A program made the position numbers and the translations under genes. From positions 1 through 36,078 of IMG/VR virus record IMGVR_UViG_3300028712_000007: a DNA stretch of 36,078 nt; one strand, written 5' to 3'. Numbering within the stretch: the first letter of the stretch is position 1; each line of letters begins with the position of its first letter. The DNA comes from a virus (lineage: Duplodnaviria > Caudoviricetes). Below are positions 25,713-33,308 of this stretch, in pieces. A model generated the notes under the pieces. The model saw only the letters and a list, made by a program, of their open reading frames with translations. It was not told where the DNA came from and searched no databases.

Positions 25713-25810
25713 GGGCGTCGCGCTAAATCGCCAAACCGAGCGCGACGCCCAGGGTCACTTACTACGAAAGGCGAGTGACCCCACCAGTGTATCTCCCTCG
25801 ACGCACTGGT
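25713..25810 (-). ncRNA. Triple-hairpin structured element 3' of ssb; candidate antisense sRNA/terminator
   Basis: Three adjacent stems (12, 8 and 7 bp), each with a 14-nt loop; the last hairpin on the minus strand is followed by CCTTCTTT. Confidence 0.5.
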
Positions 25811-25813
25811 TGC

Positions 25814-26302
25814 CTAGAACGGGGTGTCGTCCCCGTACAGCCCCGGCGTTGACCACGCCTGCTCCTGCGGTGCCGCCGCAGGGGCCGCAGAGCCGGGGGT
25901 TGCCCACGGGTCAGCCGCCACGCGCCGGTCGCCGCCCGGGGCGGTGCGGGTGATCTGCGCCGTCGCGTACTTGAGACTCGCGCCGATGTCCTCGACTTCG
26001 AGTTCTATCGCGGTGCGCTTCTCGCCCTCCCGTGTCTCGTAGGACCGTTGCTTGAGCGTGCCGGTGCAGACCACGCGACTGCCCTTCGTCAGCGAGCCGG
26101 TGACGTGCTCCGCGAGGTCGCGCCAGGCCGAGCACCGCATGAACAGCGCGTCGCCGTCCTTCCACTCGTTCGCCTGGCGGTCGAAGAACCGGGGGGTGCT
26201 GGCGACGGTGAAGCCTGCCACAGCGATGCCGGTCTGTGTGTACCGCAGTTCGGGGTCGGCGGTGAGGTTGCCGACGACGGTGATGAGCGTTTCCCCGGCC
26301 AT
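25814..26302 (-). CDS. ssb: Single-stranded DNA-binding protein
   Basis: [22 protein letters not shown]...[12 protein letters not shown]...DDTPF C-terminus; actinobacterial SSB. Confidence 0.95.
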   Translation of the reverse strand: MAGETLITVVGNLTADPELRYTQTGIAVAGFTVASTPRFFDRQANEWKDGDALFMRCSAWRDLAEHVTGSLTKGSRVVCTGTLKQRSYETREGEKRTAIELEVEDIGASLKYATAQITRTAPGGDRRVAADPWATPGSAAPAAAPQEQAWSTPGLYGDDTPF

Positions 26303-26610
26303 CAGCCGCGCCCGTTGTCGCGCTGGACACTGCCCGGCGTTGCGATCTTCTCGGTGGGCGGGTCGAACGGCGGGTGCTCCTCGACCCGGCGCTCCGACTC
26401 CTCGCGGTATGCGGCGAGCGGGTCCGAGCCGTCCAGAATCCACTGCGCCACGTCGATCAGGTCTTGCGTGCCGAACCGCTTCGGCATGATCGCGTTGTGC
26501 GACACGAACGCCTGGCCGTTGTCGGTGAGGGCCGCGCGGGAGATTGCCAGCGCCTCCGCTCGCGCTCGCTGTTCGTCGGTCAGGGCGGTGCTGGGACTGT
26601 CGTCCGTCAT
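26302..26610 (-). CDS. Hypothetical protein
   Basis: ATG at 26610 with GAGAGGA RBS; TGATG coupling to ssb. Confidence 0.65.
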   Translation of the reverse strand: MTDDSPSTALTDEQRARAEALAISRAALTDNGQAFVSHNAIMPKRFGTQDLIDVAQWILDGSDPLAAYREESERRVEEHPPFDPPTEKIATPGSVQRDNGRG

Positions 26611-26624
26611 GGGATTCCTCTCGT

Positions 26625-27017
26625 TCATGCCCGTACCCACACTGCGACGATGGCCGCGTGGGACTTGGGGCGGGGTGACTTGACGTAGATGTCGGTGGGG
26701 ATCAGGAGGCCGGTCTTGCGCATGGCCGTCATTACCGCGCCGACAGCGTTCGAGCGGGGAGCCATGCCCACCGCCTCGATCACGTCGGTGCTGGTCAGCC
26801 GGTAGCCCTGCGGCAGTGCGCCGACCCAGGAATAGACGGCCTCGCGCCACTCGTCGCTGGCATCCAGCACCCGGGCGGTGCCCTCGTCCTTGAGGCGTTC
26901 CCCCTCGGCGCGGCCTGCGGTGCGCCGCAGTTCGTCCTCGGTGCGCTTGCAGGTACACAACATGCAACCGTCCGTGTAGTGCGCGGCGGTGTCGTGCGGG
27001 CAGTCGGGGCAGGTCAT
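26625..27017 (-). CDS. Hypothetical protein (N-terminal Zn ribbon, winged-helix-like C-terminus)
   Basis: MTCPDCPH...H...CMLCTC; [17 protein letters not shown]...SHAAIVAVW. Confidence 0.65.
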   Translation of the reverse strand: MTCPDCPHDTAAHYTDGCMLCTCKRTEDELRRTAGRAEGERLKDEGTARVLDASDEWREAVYSWVGALPQGYRLTSTDVIEAVGMAPRSNAVGAVMTAMRKTGLLIPTDIYVKSPRPKSHAAIVAVWVRA

Positions 27018-27289
27018 TCGATGCGCCCCAGCCCCAGCCCCGCGAGCACGGCGCGCTCGATCAGGTTCCACTCCTCCTCGCTGAACCAGACGGTGACGCC
27101 CTTGATTCGCACGGGGATGCCGTTCTGCTCGAACCGCCTGCCGTTGCTCCTGATGAGGATGCGCGTGATGGAGCCGTCGCGGTGCTTCTGCACCCGCAGG
27201 CGCGGCGCGCTGTCGGGGTGCGCCTTCCAGATCGCGTCACGTTCCCGCACTTCGCCCTCGAAGTGTTCCAGCACCGGCTCACCGTCCAT
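27014..27289 (-). CDS. Hypothetical protein
   Basis: 91 aa, GGAGG RBS. Confidence 0.6.
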   Translation of the reverse strand: MDGEPVLEHFEGEVRERDAIWKAHPDSAPRLRVQKHRDGSITRILIRSNGRRFEQNGIPVRIKGVTVWFSEEEWNLIERAVLAGLGLGRIE

Positions 27290-27665
27290 CGGGGCCTCCG
27301 TCCTCGTAGATCGCGTTCTGGATGATGGCGATGGCGGCGGTCACCGTCTGCTTCCACTCCGGGGTGTCCGGGATGCTGTCGCCGTGGTTGTGCCAGATGT
27401 GCGCGGCGATGTCCTCGGCGTCGCTGGTGTAGGGCAGGTTGGTGTTCCAGTCCTCCTCGCGGGCGAAGCCGATGCCGATGGTGAAGAACTTGGGGAAGCC
27501 GACGACGGCCTGCGTGTCGGTCAGCCGCACGCGGTAGGCCCAGTAGTTCTCATCGACCATCGGGCTGAACATCGTCGTGACGTTGTGCTCGCTGTCCGCG
27601 AGGATCGCCGTGGCGTTCTGCTGTGCCCGGCGTTCCAGGCCCAGTGTTGCGGGCGGGGTGCTCAT
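27279..27665 (-). CDS. Hypothetical phage protein
   Basis: ATG at 27665; YWAYRVRL...GFPKFFTIGIGFAREEDWNTNLPY. Confidence 0.7.
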   Translation of the reverse strand: MSTPPATLGLERRAQQNATAILADSEHNVTTMFSPMVDENYWAYRVRLTDTQAVVGFPKFFTIGIGFAREEDWNTNLPYTSDAEDIAAHIWHNHGDSIPDTPEWKQTVTAAIAIIQNAIYEDGGPDGR

Positions 27666-28195
27666 ACCTCGATCCCCCCTGCGATGCTGTCGGCCTCGTT
27701 CACCTGTTCTTCCAGGTGTTCCCGGCGACGCTCGTCCCACTCCTGCCACTCCTCGCTGTCGGTGTCCTCCGGCTCCTCCTCATCGAAGGCTTCCAGCGAG
27801 TGTGAATCCCACTCGTCCACTGCGGCCTGCGCGGTGTCCATCAGTTCTTCGAGTTGGCCGTTGCCGTTCTCCCAGGCTTCAAGCGCCTGCTCCCGCTCCT
27901 CAAGGAACTCGGTCAGTGCATCGCCGAGAGCGTCCCACTCGCTTTCCAGGTCGTCGTGGGATTCGATGCCCGCACTCACGGCGTCCTGCCACGCTTCCAG
28001 CGCTGACAGCGGCGCACTGCGCGCCGAGCGGGTCAGTTCGCTGGGGCGGAAGGGGTGGTTGACGCATCGGTAGATGGTGCTCCCGTGGTAGCCCGGCGAT
28101 GCGCTGAGGTAGGGATCACCCTTCGGGATGACGTGCCCGCCCCTGCCGCAGATGTGCTCCTTGCGAGAGCGCTCGGTGCGCTTGACTCGCGCCAT
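27662..28195 (-). CDS. Acidic hypothetical protein with N-terminal Zn-binding motif
   Basis: 177 aa, downstream of repeat copy 8. Confidence 0.75.
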   Translation of the reverse strand: MARVKRTERSRKEHICGRGGHVIPKGDPYLSASPGYHGSTIYRCVNHPFRPSELTRSARSAPLSALEAWQDAVSAGIESHDDLESEWDALGDALTEFLEEREQALEAWENGNGQLEELMDTAQAAVDEWDSHSLEAFDEEEPEDTDSEEWQEWDERRREHLEEQVNEADSIAGGIEV

Positions 28196-28214
28196 AGTTT
28201 TGCCTTTCGTTTGC

Positions 28215-28273
28215 GGTTTGGCTTACAAGTAAAGTCTAGTGCCTACAGTGCCGGGCACCTAATCGAAGTTAGG
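28215..28273 (-). promoter_or_regulatory. Composite promoter/operator repeat, copy 8
   Basis: GGTTTGGCTTACAAGTAAAGTCTAG plus perfect CCTAA-TCGAAG-TTAGG; lacks the TG extension. Confidence 0.75.
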
Positions 28274-28290
28274 TGCCCGGCCCGGGGGGA

Positions 28291-28524
28291 TCAGGCGTGC
28301 ATCACGGCTTCGATGAGGTCACCGATCATGTCACCGGCACAGATACCGCCTTCGGTGAGGGCGTCGGTGAGGACGAGCAGGAACGTGGTGTCGTCCATGT
28401 CAGCGCCCGCCTCCTTGAACTGCGCGGCAAGTTCGCCGCCGACGATGTGGACGCACAGCGGGTGATGGCCGGTGACTTCGGCAATCAGTTCGAGCGACTG
28501 CGTGAACGCGGGTGAGTGGGTCAT
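28291..28524 (-). CDS. Hypothetical protein
   Basis: ATG at 28524 with GAAAGGC RBS. Confidence 0.65.
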   Translation of the reverse strand: MTHSPAFTQSLELIAEVTGHHPLCVHIVGGELAAQFKEAGADMDDTTFLLVLTDALTEGGICAGDMIGDLIEAVMHA

Positions 28525-28581
28525 GGGATGCCTTTCGTGTGGCGGTGGTTTGGCTAGGGCTGAACTGCCCGACCCGCCCAA

Positions 28582-28597
28582 TGTTTCACGTGAAACA
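28582..28597. promoter_or_regulatory. parS site (chromosomal ParB/Spo0J consensus)
   Basis: Perfect intergenic palindrome TGTTTCACGTGAAACA, extending to 18 bp (28581-28598). Confidence 0.85.
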
Positions 28598-28615
28598 TCG
28601 AGCGAGCCGCGCGGG

Positions 28616-29617
28616 TCAGACCAGGGCCGCTTCCAGCGCCAGGTTCTTCGCGTCCGTCATGATGCGGTTCGGCTTGAGGATCGCCCGCTTGAAGCGAGTC
28701 TCGTTGTCCTGCGCGCGCCGGTAGTGCTCGGCGTACTCGCTGGATGCCTGCAAGAGTCCGTAGGCGGTGCCCTGGATGCCCTCGCCGGTGACGCCGTTGT
28801 AGACGCTCATCCACTCGCCGCGTGCGGCCTCGATGTTGGTGCGCACCCGGTCGCTCGTGATGCCCTTCGGCGGCTCCGGGATGAACCGGGTGATGAACTC
28901 CTGGACGCCCTGCGGGCTGACCTTGGTGTCCAGCATGTGCGCCGAGAACAGGTTCCACGCCTGCACCGACTCGCGCCAGCCGGACAGCGCCTCGCGGGCC
29001 TCCTCGATGCGGTCAGCGATGTTCTTGCTGTGGCGGAAGGTGAACTCGGTGCCTGCCTGCTGGGCGTCGATGTCAGCCATGCGCAGGGTGTTCGCGCAGA
29101 CCACGCGGGTTGCCGTGGCCGACCCCTTGAACGCGCCCGAACCGTCGTGCGAGTTTTGGAGCAGGTAGTAGTGCATCGTGGCACCGTTGGGATCGCCGTT
29201 GACGAACAGCGGGTGGTCGAGCGCCAGCATGAGCCAGACGCGCTTGCCGCCCCGGAGGGTGCCGCCCGTTTCGTACTTGACATCGACGCCGCCGCCCTGG
29301 ATGGCCTCACCGATGTCCCACATCTCGTCGTTGCTGACGGTGACGTAGGAGTCGCTGATGATGCCTAGGTGCTGGTGGTTGTCACTGCGCACGTTGCGCA
29401 TCTCGCCGGGAATCTCGACGTACTTCACGTCGGGTTCGCCCTGCTCGTTGATGTAGATTTCGCGCCCGAACACGGGTTCGCTGATGGGTTCCCAGCCGTG
29501 GACGAGAGGCTGGGCCTCCTCGCGAGTGGGGTACTCATCGAGGACGACGCCGAGGCGGTGCCAGGGCATTTCCCGCACGGAGAACATGTTGTCCGTGCCG
29601 GTGATTTCGTGAGACAA
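28616..29617 (-). CDS. DUF932 family (phage/plasmid-like) protein
   Basis: MFSVREMPWHRLG...ETGGTLRGGKRVW...NSHDGSGA...RVVCANTL...RHS...GTAYGLLQA. Confidence 0.85.
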   Translation of the reverse strand: MSHEITGTDNMFSVREMPWHRLGVVLDEYPTREEAQPLVHGWEPISEPVFGREIYINEQGEPDVKYVEIPGEMRNVRSDNHQHLGIISDSYVTVSNDEMWDIGEAIQGGGVDVKYETGGTLRGGKRVWLMLALDHPLFVNGDPNGATMHYYLLQNSHDGSGAFKGSATATRVVCANTLRMADIDAQQAGTEFTFRHSKNIADRIEEAREALSGWRESVQAWNLFSAHMLDTKVSPQGVQEFITRFIPEPPKGITSDRVRTNIEAARGEWMSVYNGVTGEGIQGTAYGLLQASSEYAEHYRRAQDNETRFKRAILKPNRIMTDAKNLALEAALV

Positions 29618-29635
29618 GGTGTGCCTTTCAGTTGC

Positions 29636-29695
29636 GGTTTGGCTTACACCTAAAGTCTAGCATCCGGCTCACCCACCGTCCTAGAGCGGGTCAGC
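29636..29695 (-). promoter_or_regulatory. Composite promoter repeat, copy 9
   Basis: GGTTTGGCTTACACCTAAAGTCTAGCATC plus degenerate CCTAG-AGCGGG-TCAGC. Confidence 0.75.
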
Positions 29696-29975
29696 GTGGG
29701 TCCATGCGCTCGAAGATCGGGTCGTGAATTGGAGGCGGCGGCGGCACGACCGTGGCGGCGGGCCGCGCCGCCCACACCGGCTCCTCGGGCGGGTGTGCCG
29801 TGGGGAAGCCCTCGATGCGCGGGTCGCTCTCGTGGACGGCCAGCGCTTCGGCGGCGGCGAACGCACTGCGCTTGATCGTGGCCTCGTCTGCGCCTGCGGC
29901 ACGGGCCGCATCGGCGGCGGCTTTCGCGGCCTTCGCCATCGCCTCGAAGTTGCTCGGCTTGTACTCCTTCGCCAC
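29691..29975 (-). CDS. Hypothetical Ala/Pro-rich protein
   Basis: GTG at 29975 with GGAGG RBS. Confidence 0.6.
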   Translation of the reverse strand: MAKEYKPSNFEAMAKAAKAAADAARAAGADEATIKRSAFAAAEALAVHESDPRIEGFPTAHPPEEPVWAARPAATVVPPPPPIHDPIFERMDPR

Positions 29976-29977
29976 GT

Positions 29978-30577
29978 TCAGAATCCTCCCACCTGCTTCT
30001 GACGCCACGGCGGCGGTGCCAGGGCCTTGTACTCCTGGATCAGCGCATCGGCCTGCTGAATGTTCATGTCCGACCACTCCCCTTCGAGTTCTGCGCTGAC
30101 CCAGCCGCCGCGAGCCTCGTACAGATCGTGGAGATAGGCCAGTTGCTTGTCGGTTGCGCGCCCAGCGCGTTTGTCATGGGTTTCTTGTTCATGGGTTTCT
30201 ATTTCAATGGGTTTCTTTATAGAGGGCCGATTATCGAACGTTTGGTTAGCCAACGGTGGAAAACCGAACGTAGGTGTTTCTTCGGCAAACGGGTCGGCCA
30301 GCATGTAGTCGGTGCCGCCGAGGCGACCGCCGCTGTCACGCCTGCGGTGCCGGGTGAGGTAGCCCGCCGTTTCGAGTTCCACGATGGCCCCGCGCAGAGC
30401 GGAGCGGCCTTCCGGCCCGGCCTCCATGAGAGATTCGATGGTGACCTCCCAGCCGGGGGTGTGGCTCATGAGTTCGGCGAGCAGGCCGCGCGCACGGCGG
30501 CTGATGCGGCTGTCCCGGACCCAGGCGTTGGGGATTGTTGTGGTGCGTTCAAACGGGAAGGTGGGCCGCTGGATCAT
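29978..30577 (-). CDS. HTH replication initiator-like protein
   Basis: TTIPNAWVRDSRISRRARGLLAELMSH...GRSALRGAIVELETAGYL winged-helix pattern of phage replication initiators; internal AT-rich repeats. Confidence 0.75.
   Translation of the reverse strand: MIQRPTFPFERTTTIPNAWVRDSRISRRARGLLAELMSHTPGWEVTIESLMEAGPEGRSALRGAIVELETAGYLTRHRRRDSGGRLGGTDYMLADPFAEETPTFGFPPLANQTFDNRPSIKKPIEIETHEQETHDKRAGRATDKQLAYLHDLYEARGGWVSAELEGEWSDMNIQQADALIQEYKALAPPPWRQKQVGGF
30176..30285. repeat. Iteron-like repeats / putative replication origin inside the rep gene
   Basis: ATGGGTTTCT x3 (30176, 30191, 30207) and C(G/C)AACG x3 at a 15-bp period (30235, 30250, 30265) in a markedly AT-rich tract. Confidence 0.65.
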
Positions 30578-30778
30578 TGTGGGGAGGGCCTTTCATGTCG
30601 AGAGCGGGAACGGCGAGACGGCCCAGCCCCTAACATGGAACCTGGCACGGCAAGCCGGTGACGCGGGTTACGTCACTTCAACTGCCACGCGCAGGGTCCA
30701 GGCGCTTAGACAACGCAACCCTACGCCGGAAGCCCCGACCCCCGCTTATGGCTGGGTGGGCCGGGGCTTCCGCCCTTC

Positions 30779-31222
30779 TCAGGGCGTCGCCTGGATGGGT
30801 TCGCACATCGTCAGCACTGTCTGCGCGTCCATGCCGAGGTCCGCGCCGAGCGTGACGGCGTTCGCCACGACGCGGTTGCGGGACTGCCGGATCGCGGTGA
30901 TGTGCGACGCCGGTGCCAGCGCCTGCGCCTCGCGCACGATTTCCGTCAGGGATTCCCTGCGCACGCGGTCCTCCCACCTGTTCAGCGCGGCGGCGGGTTC
31001 CGTGTCCGGGTCCACCACCCGCCAGTTCGAGTTCTGGCGGGCCTTCTCCGCGACGAGCATGACGCCGTGCTCCCGCAGGTGCGCGGCGGCGTCGGGCATG
31101 TACTTCGCCGTGCCCACGCGGTCGATGAGGCCCTGGTACATGTCGGCTGAGAGCACGGGCTGGCCGTCGTGTTCGCCGATGATGGCAAGCATGGCGGCGG
31201 CGGTGTCGCTGATCTTGGTCAC
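30779..31222 (-). CDS. Hypothetical protein
   Basis: GTG at 31222 with GAAGGA RBS; 147 aa. Confidence 0.65.
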   Translation of the reverse strand: MTKISDTAAAMLAIIGEHDGQPVLSADMYQGLIDRVGTAKYMPDAAAHLREHGVMLVAEKARQNSNWRVVDPDTEPAAALNRWEDRVRRESLTEIVREAQALAPASHITAIRQSRNRVVANAVTLGADLGMDAQTVLTMCEPIQATP

Positions 31223-32037
31223 AGTTCGATTCCTTCGAGTGAGTCGGGCACCTTGATGCCCTGGATGCTGAGATTCAGGCCCTCTGCGGCCTGGGCGAGT
31301 GCCGCCTGGAACGCGACCCACTGGCCCGGCTCCGAACGGCGGTGCAGGCCGCGCACGTCGGCGGCGGTCGCGTTGATAGCCGCGATCAGGCGGCGGCATT
31401 CGACTGCCGCCCGGTCGATGCCGAGGTCGTCCATCGGCATGTCGGGGTCGCCCCCGTGCTCGCGGACGATCTTGTCGTGGCGGTTCTTGTCGTGGGTTTC
31501 CAGCGCCTTCCGTGCGGCCTCGGCAGTCTTGGGATCAGCCTTGATCGCCGCCTGCATCGCCTTGGTGTTGCTCGCGATGTCCACCGCCTTCGCGGGGCCG
31601 GTGCCGTCCTCCTCGGCCTGCGCGCGGATTGCCTCGCGCCGGTCCTCCTCGGGCACCGCCCAGCCAACCGGCTGTGCGCGGGTGCCTGCGGCGAACTCGT
31701 CCCACGTGATGCCCTTGCGGAACGCCTTGTAGTGCGCATCCCAGGTGGAACTCGTCACCCACCGGAATGAAGGGGGGTTCCCCCCCTGATTCGCGCTGGC
31801 CCAGGCCGCGACGTTCCGCATCGTGCGGAGGTAGTCCACCGAGTAGTCGATGCCGACTTCGTCGCGGATGAGGTCAGCGACGTTCTTGAGCGACGCCTCC
31901 ACCGTGGGCGTCGTGTCGCCTGCCGGGTGCCGCCCCGCAGATCGAGGCGGGATGCCTCGGAGCAGGGATTCCGCGAGATAGAACTGGTTCTCGGCGACGA
32001 GCCGGGCCGCGTCCAGAATCTCGTTGTAGTTGTCCAT
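31219..32037 (-). CDS. Hypothetical protein
   Basis: ATG at 32037 with GGAGAG RBS; 272 aa, helical. Confidence 0.7.
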   Translation of the reverse strand: MDNYNEILDAARLVAENQFYLAESLLRGIPPRSAGRHPAGDTTPTVEASLKNVADLIRDEVGIDYSVDYLRTMRNVAAWASANQGGNPPSFRWVTSSTWDAHYKAFRKGITWDEFAAGTRAQPVGWAVPEEDRREAIRAQAEEDGTGPAKAVDIASNTKAMQAAIKADPKTAEAARKALETHDKNRHDKIVREHGGDPDMPMDDLGIDRAAVECRRLIAAINATAADVRGLHRRSEPGQWVAFQAALAQAAEGLNLSIQGIKVPDSLEGIEL

Positions 32038-32298
32038 GCGGTGTTCTCTCCGGCGAGGCCACCTGGAAGCCCTCGTAGGCTTGCATGGCAGGCGGTCTAG
32101 TCGCCTTGCGCCCGAGCCGTTCCCTGCGGGGGGCGGCTCGGTGCGTTTGACAGGCACACTAATGCACCGGGGCAATAACTCCTAGAGCGCTGTGCGCCGC
32201 TGTGCGGCGTCGGGCACCCCGGTTGGCCCTGCTACACCGGCCCGGCCATGCTGTGGCGCACAGCGCCGCCGTGTGCCCGCCTGCGTCCGATTCCGTGT

Positions 32299-32643
32299 TT
32301 AGGCGGCAAGCCTGCGGACGCGGTTCGCCGGGTCGTCGGTCAGTAGCACCAGCCCGTGCCAGGTGCGCACCGGCGTTTCGGCGGGGTCGGCCCACGATGC
32401 GACGATGAGGCCGAGATTGGTCGCCTCGGTGATGTGCGCGTGCGCCCAGCCATGACAGCCGGTGGTTCCACTGCCGCACAGACTGATCAGATTCGACAGG
32501 ACGTTCTTGCCGCCGCGACTGCGCAGTTGCCGGTGGTGCAGGTTCAGGCCATCCGCGAAGTAGCGGGAGCACTTCGCACAGCGGTTCTCGTCGCGGTCGA
32601 GCACGTCGGCCCGCATCGCCGCTGGGATCGGCCCCTCACTCAC
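32299..32643 (-). CDS. HNH endonuclease
   Basis: RDENRCAKC...LHHRQLRSRGG...SNLISLCGSGTTGCHGWAH. Confidence 0.85.
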   Translation of the reverse strand: MSEGPIPAAMRADVLDRDENRCAKCSRYFADGLNLHHRQLRSRGGKNVLSNLISLCGSGTTGCHGWAHAHITEATNLGLIVASWADPAETPVRTWHGLVLLTDDPANRVRRLAA

Positions 32644-32983
32644 GGAGCACCGCCCTCACCGGCTCGAACGCCACGCCCCACAGCCCGGGCCGCGCGCCCT
32701 TCGCCGCGTCCAGGTATGTACCCATCTGGAACTGCCGCGAAACACTCGCCCACGGGATGATCAGGTGCGCGTCCTCCGGGTCCGCCTGGAACTGGAACTC
32801 CATGCGGTTGCACTTGACGATGTTGTGGCTGGCCAGCCCCAGCGCCCGCGCCGTGGCGTGCGGGTCGAACGCCCACCACGACAGGCTGGTGCCGAGAACG
32901 GGGTGCCGGTGCGGGGTGACCACACCGGCCTCCTCGATCTGCCAGACGGAGTGCGCGCAGGTGCGGGTGAACCAGTCGGTCAC
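32636..32983 (-). CDS. Hypothetical protein
   Basis: GTG at 32983 overlaps the upstream stop. Confidence 0.6.
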   Translation of the reverse strand: MTDWFTRTCAHSVWQIEEAGVVTPHRHPVLGTSLSWWAFDPHATARALGLASHNIVKCNRMEFQFQADPEDAHLIIPWASVSRQFQMGTYLDAAKGARPGLWGVAFEPVRAVLRE

Positions 32984-33123
32984 GGTTGCTCGCCCAGCAC
33001 CCAGGCGAGCGCTTCGGTCCAGCCCCATTCGACGCCGACCTCGGAGGCTCCGCTGTCCTCCCACTCATCCATCCAGACGCGCTTCTCGGCCAGCAGGTCG
33101 CGTATCTCCTGCTCCGACCTCAT
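32980..33123 (-). CDS. Small hypothetical protein (47 aa)
   Basis: MRSEQEIRDLL...EALAWVLG; overlaps both neighbours. Confidence 0.6.
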   Translation of the reverse strand: MRSEQEIRDLLAEKRVWMDEWEDSGASEVGVEWGWTEALAWVLGEQP

Positions 33124-33308
33124 GGCTGATCGTCCTCGTGGCCCGGGATGCGGTCGGTGATGTACGGCGGCACGATGCCGCCCGTGTCGCTGTGCTCACA
33201 CTCGGGGCACTCGCACGGCACGATGGCGTCGTGCTCGTCCACGGTGAACTCCGCGCAGGAGCGGTGCTTCCCGGCGTGACACTCGGGGCAGAGCAGGGGC
33301 GCGCTCAC
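33120..33308 (-). CDS. Small Cys-rich protein
   Basis: LCPECHAGKHRSC...CECPEC. Confidence 0.6.
   Translation of the reverse strand: MSAPLLCPECHAGKHRSCAEFTVDEHDAIVPCECPECEHSDTGGIVPPYITDRIPGHEDDQP

Noticed and set aside
23638-28598. A complete phage ParABS partition system
   Set aside because: No ParA/Soj ATPase is in the window (the only P-loop ORFs are the kinase-like protein and TerL), and the ParB-like ORFs lack an evident Spo0J-type parS-binding HTH.
32147-32180. TTGACA as a + strand sigma-A promoter
   Set aside because: No TANNNT at 16-18 bp spacing and no convincing downstream + strand gene.
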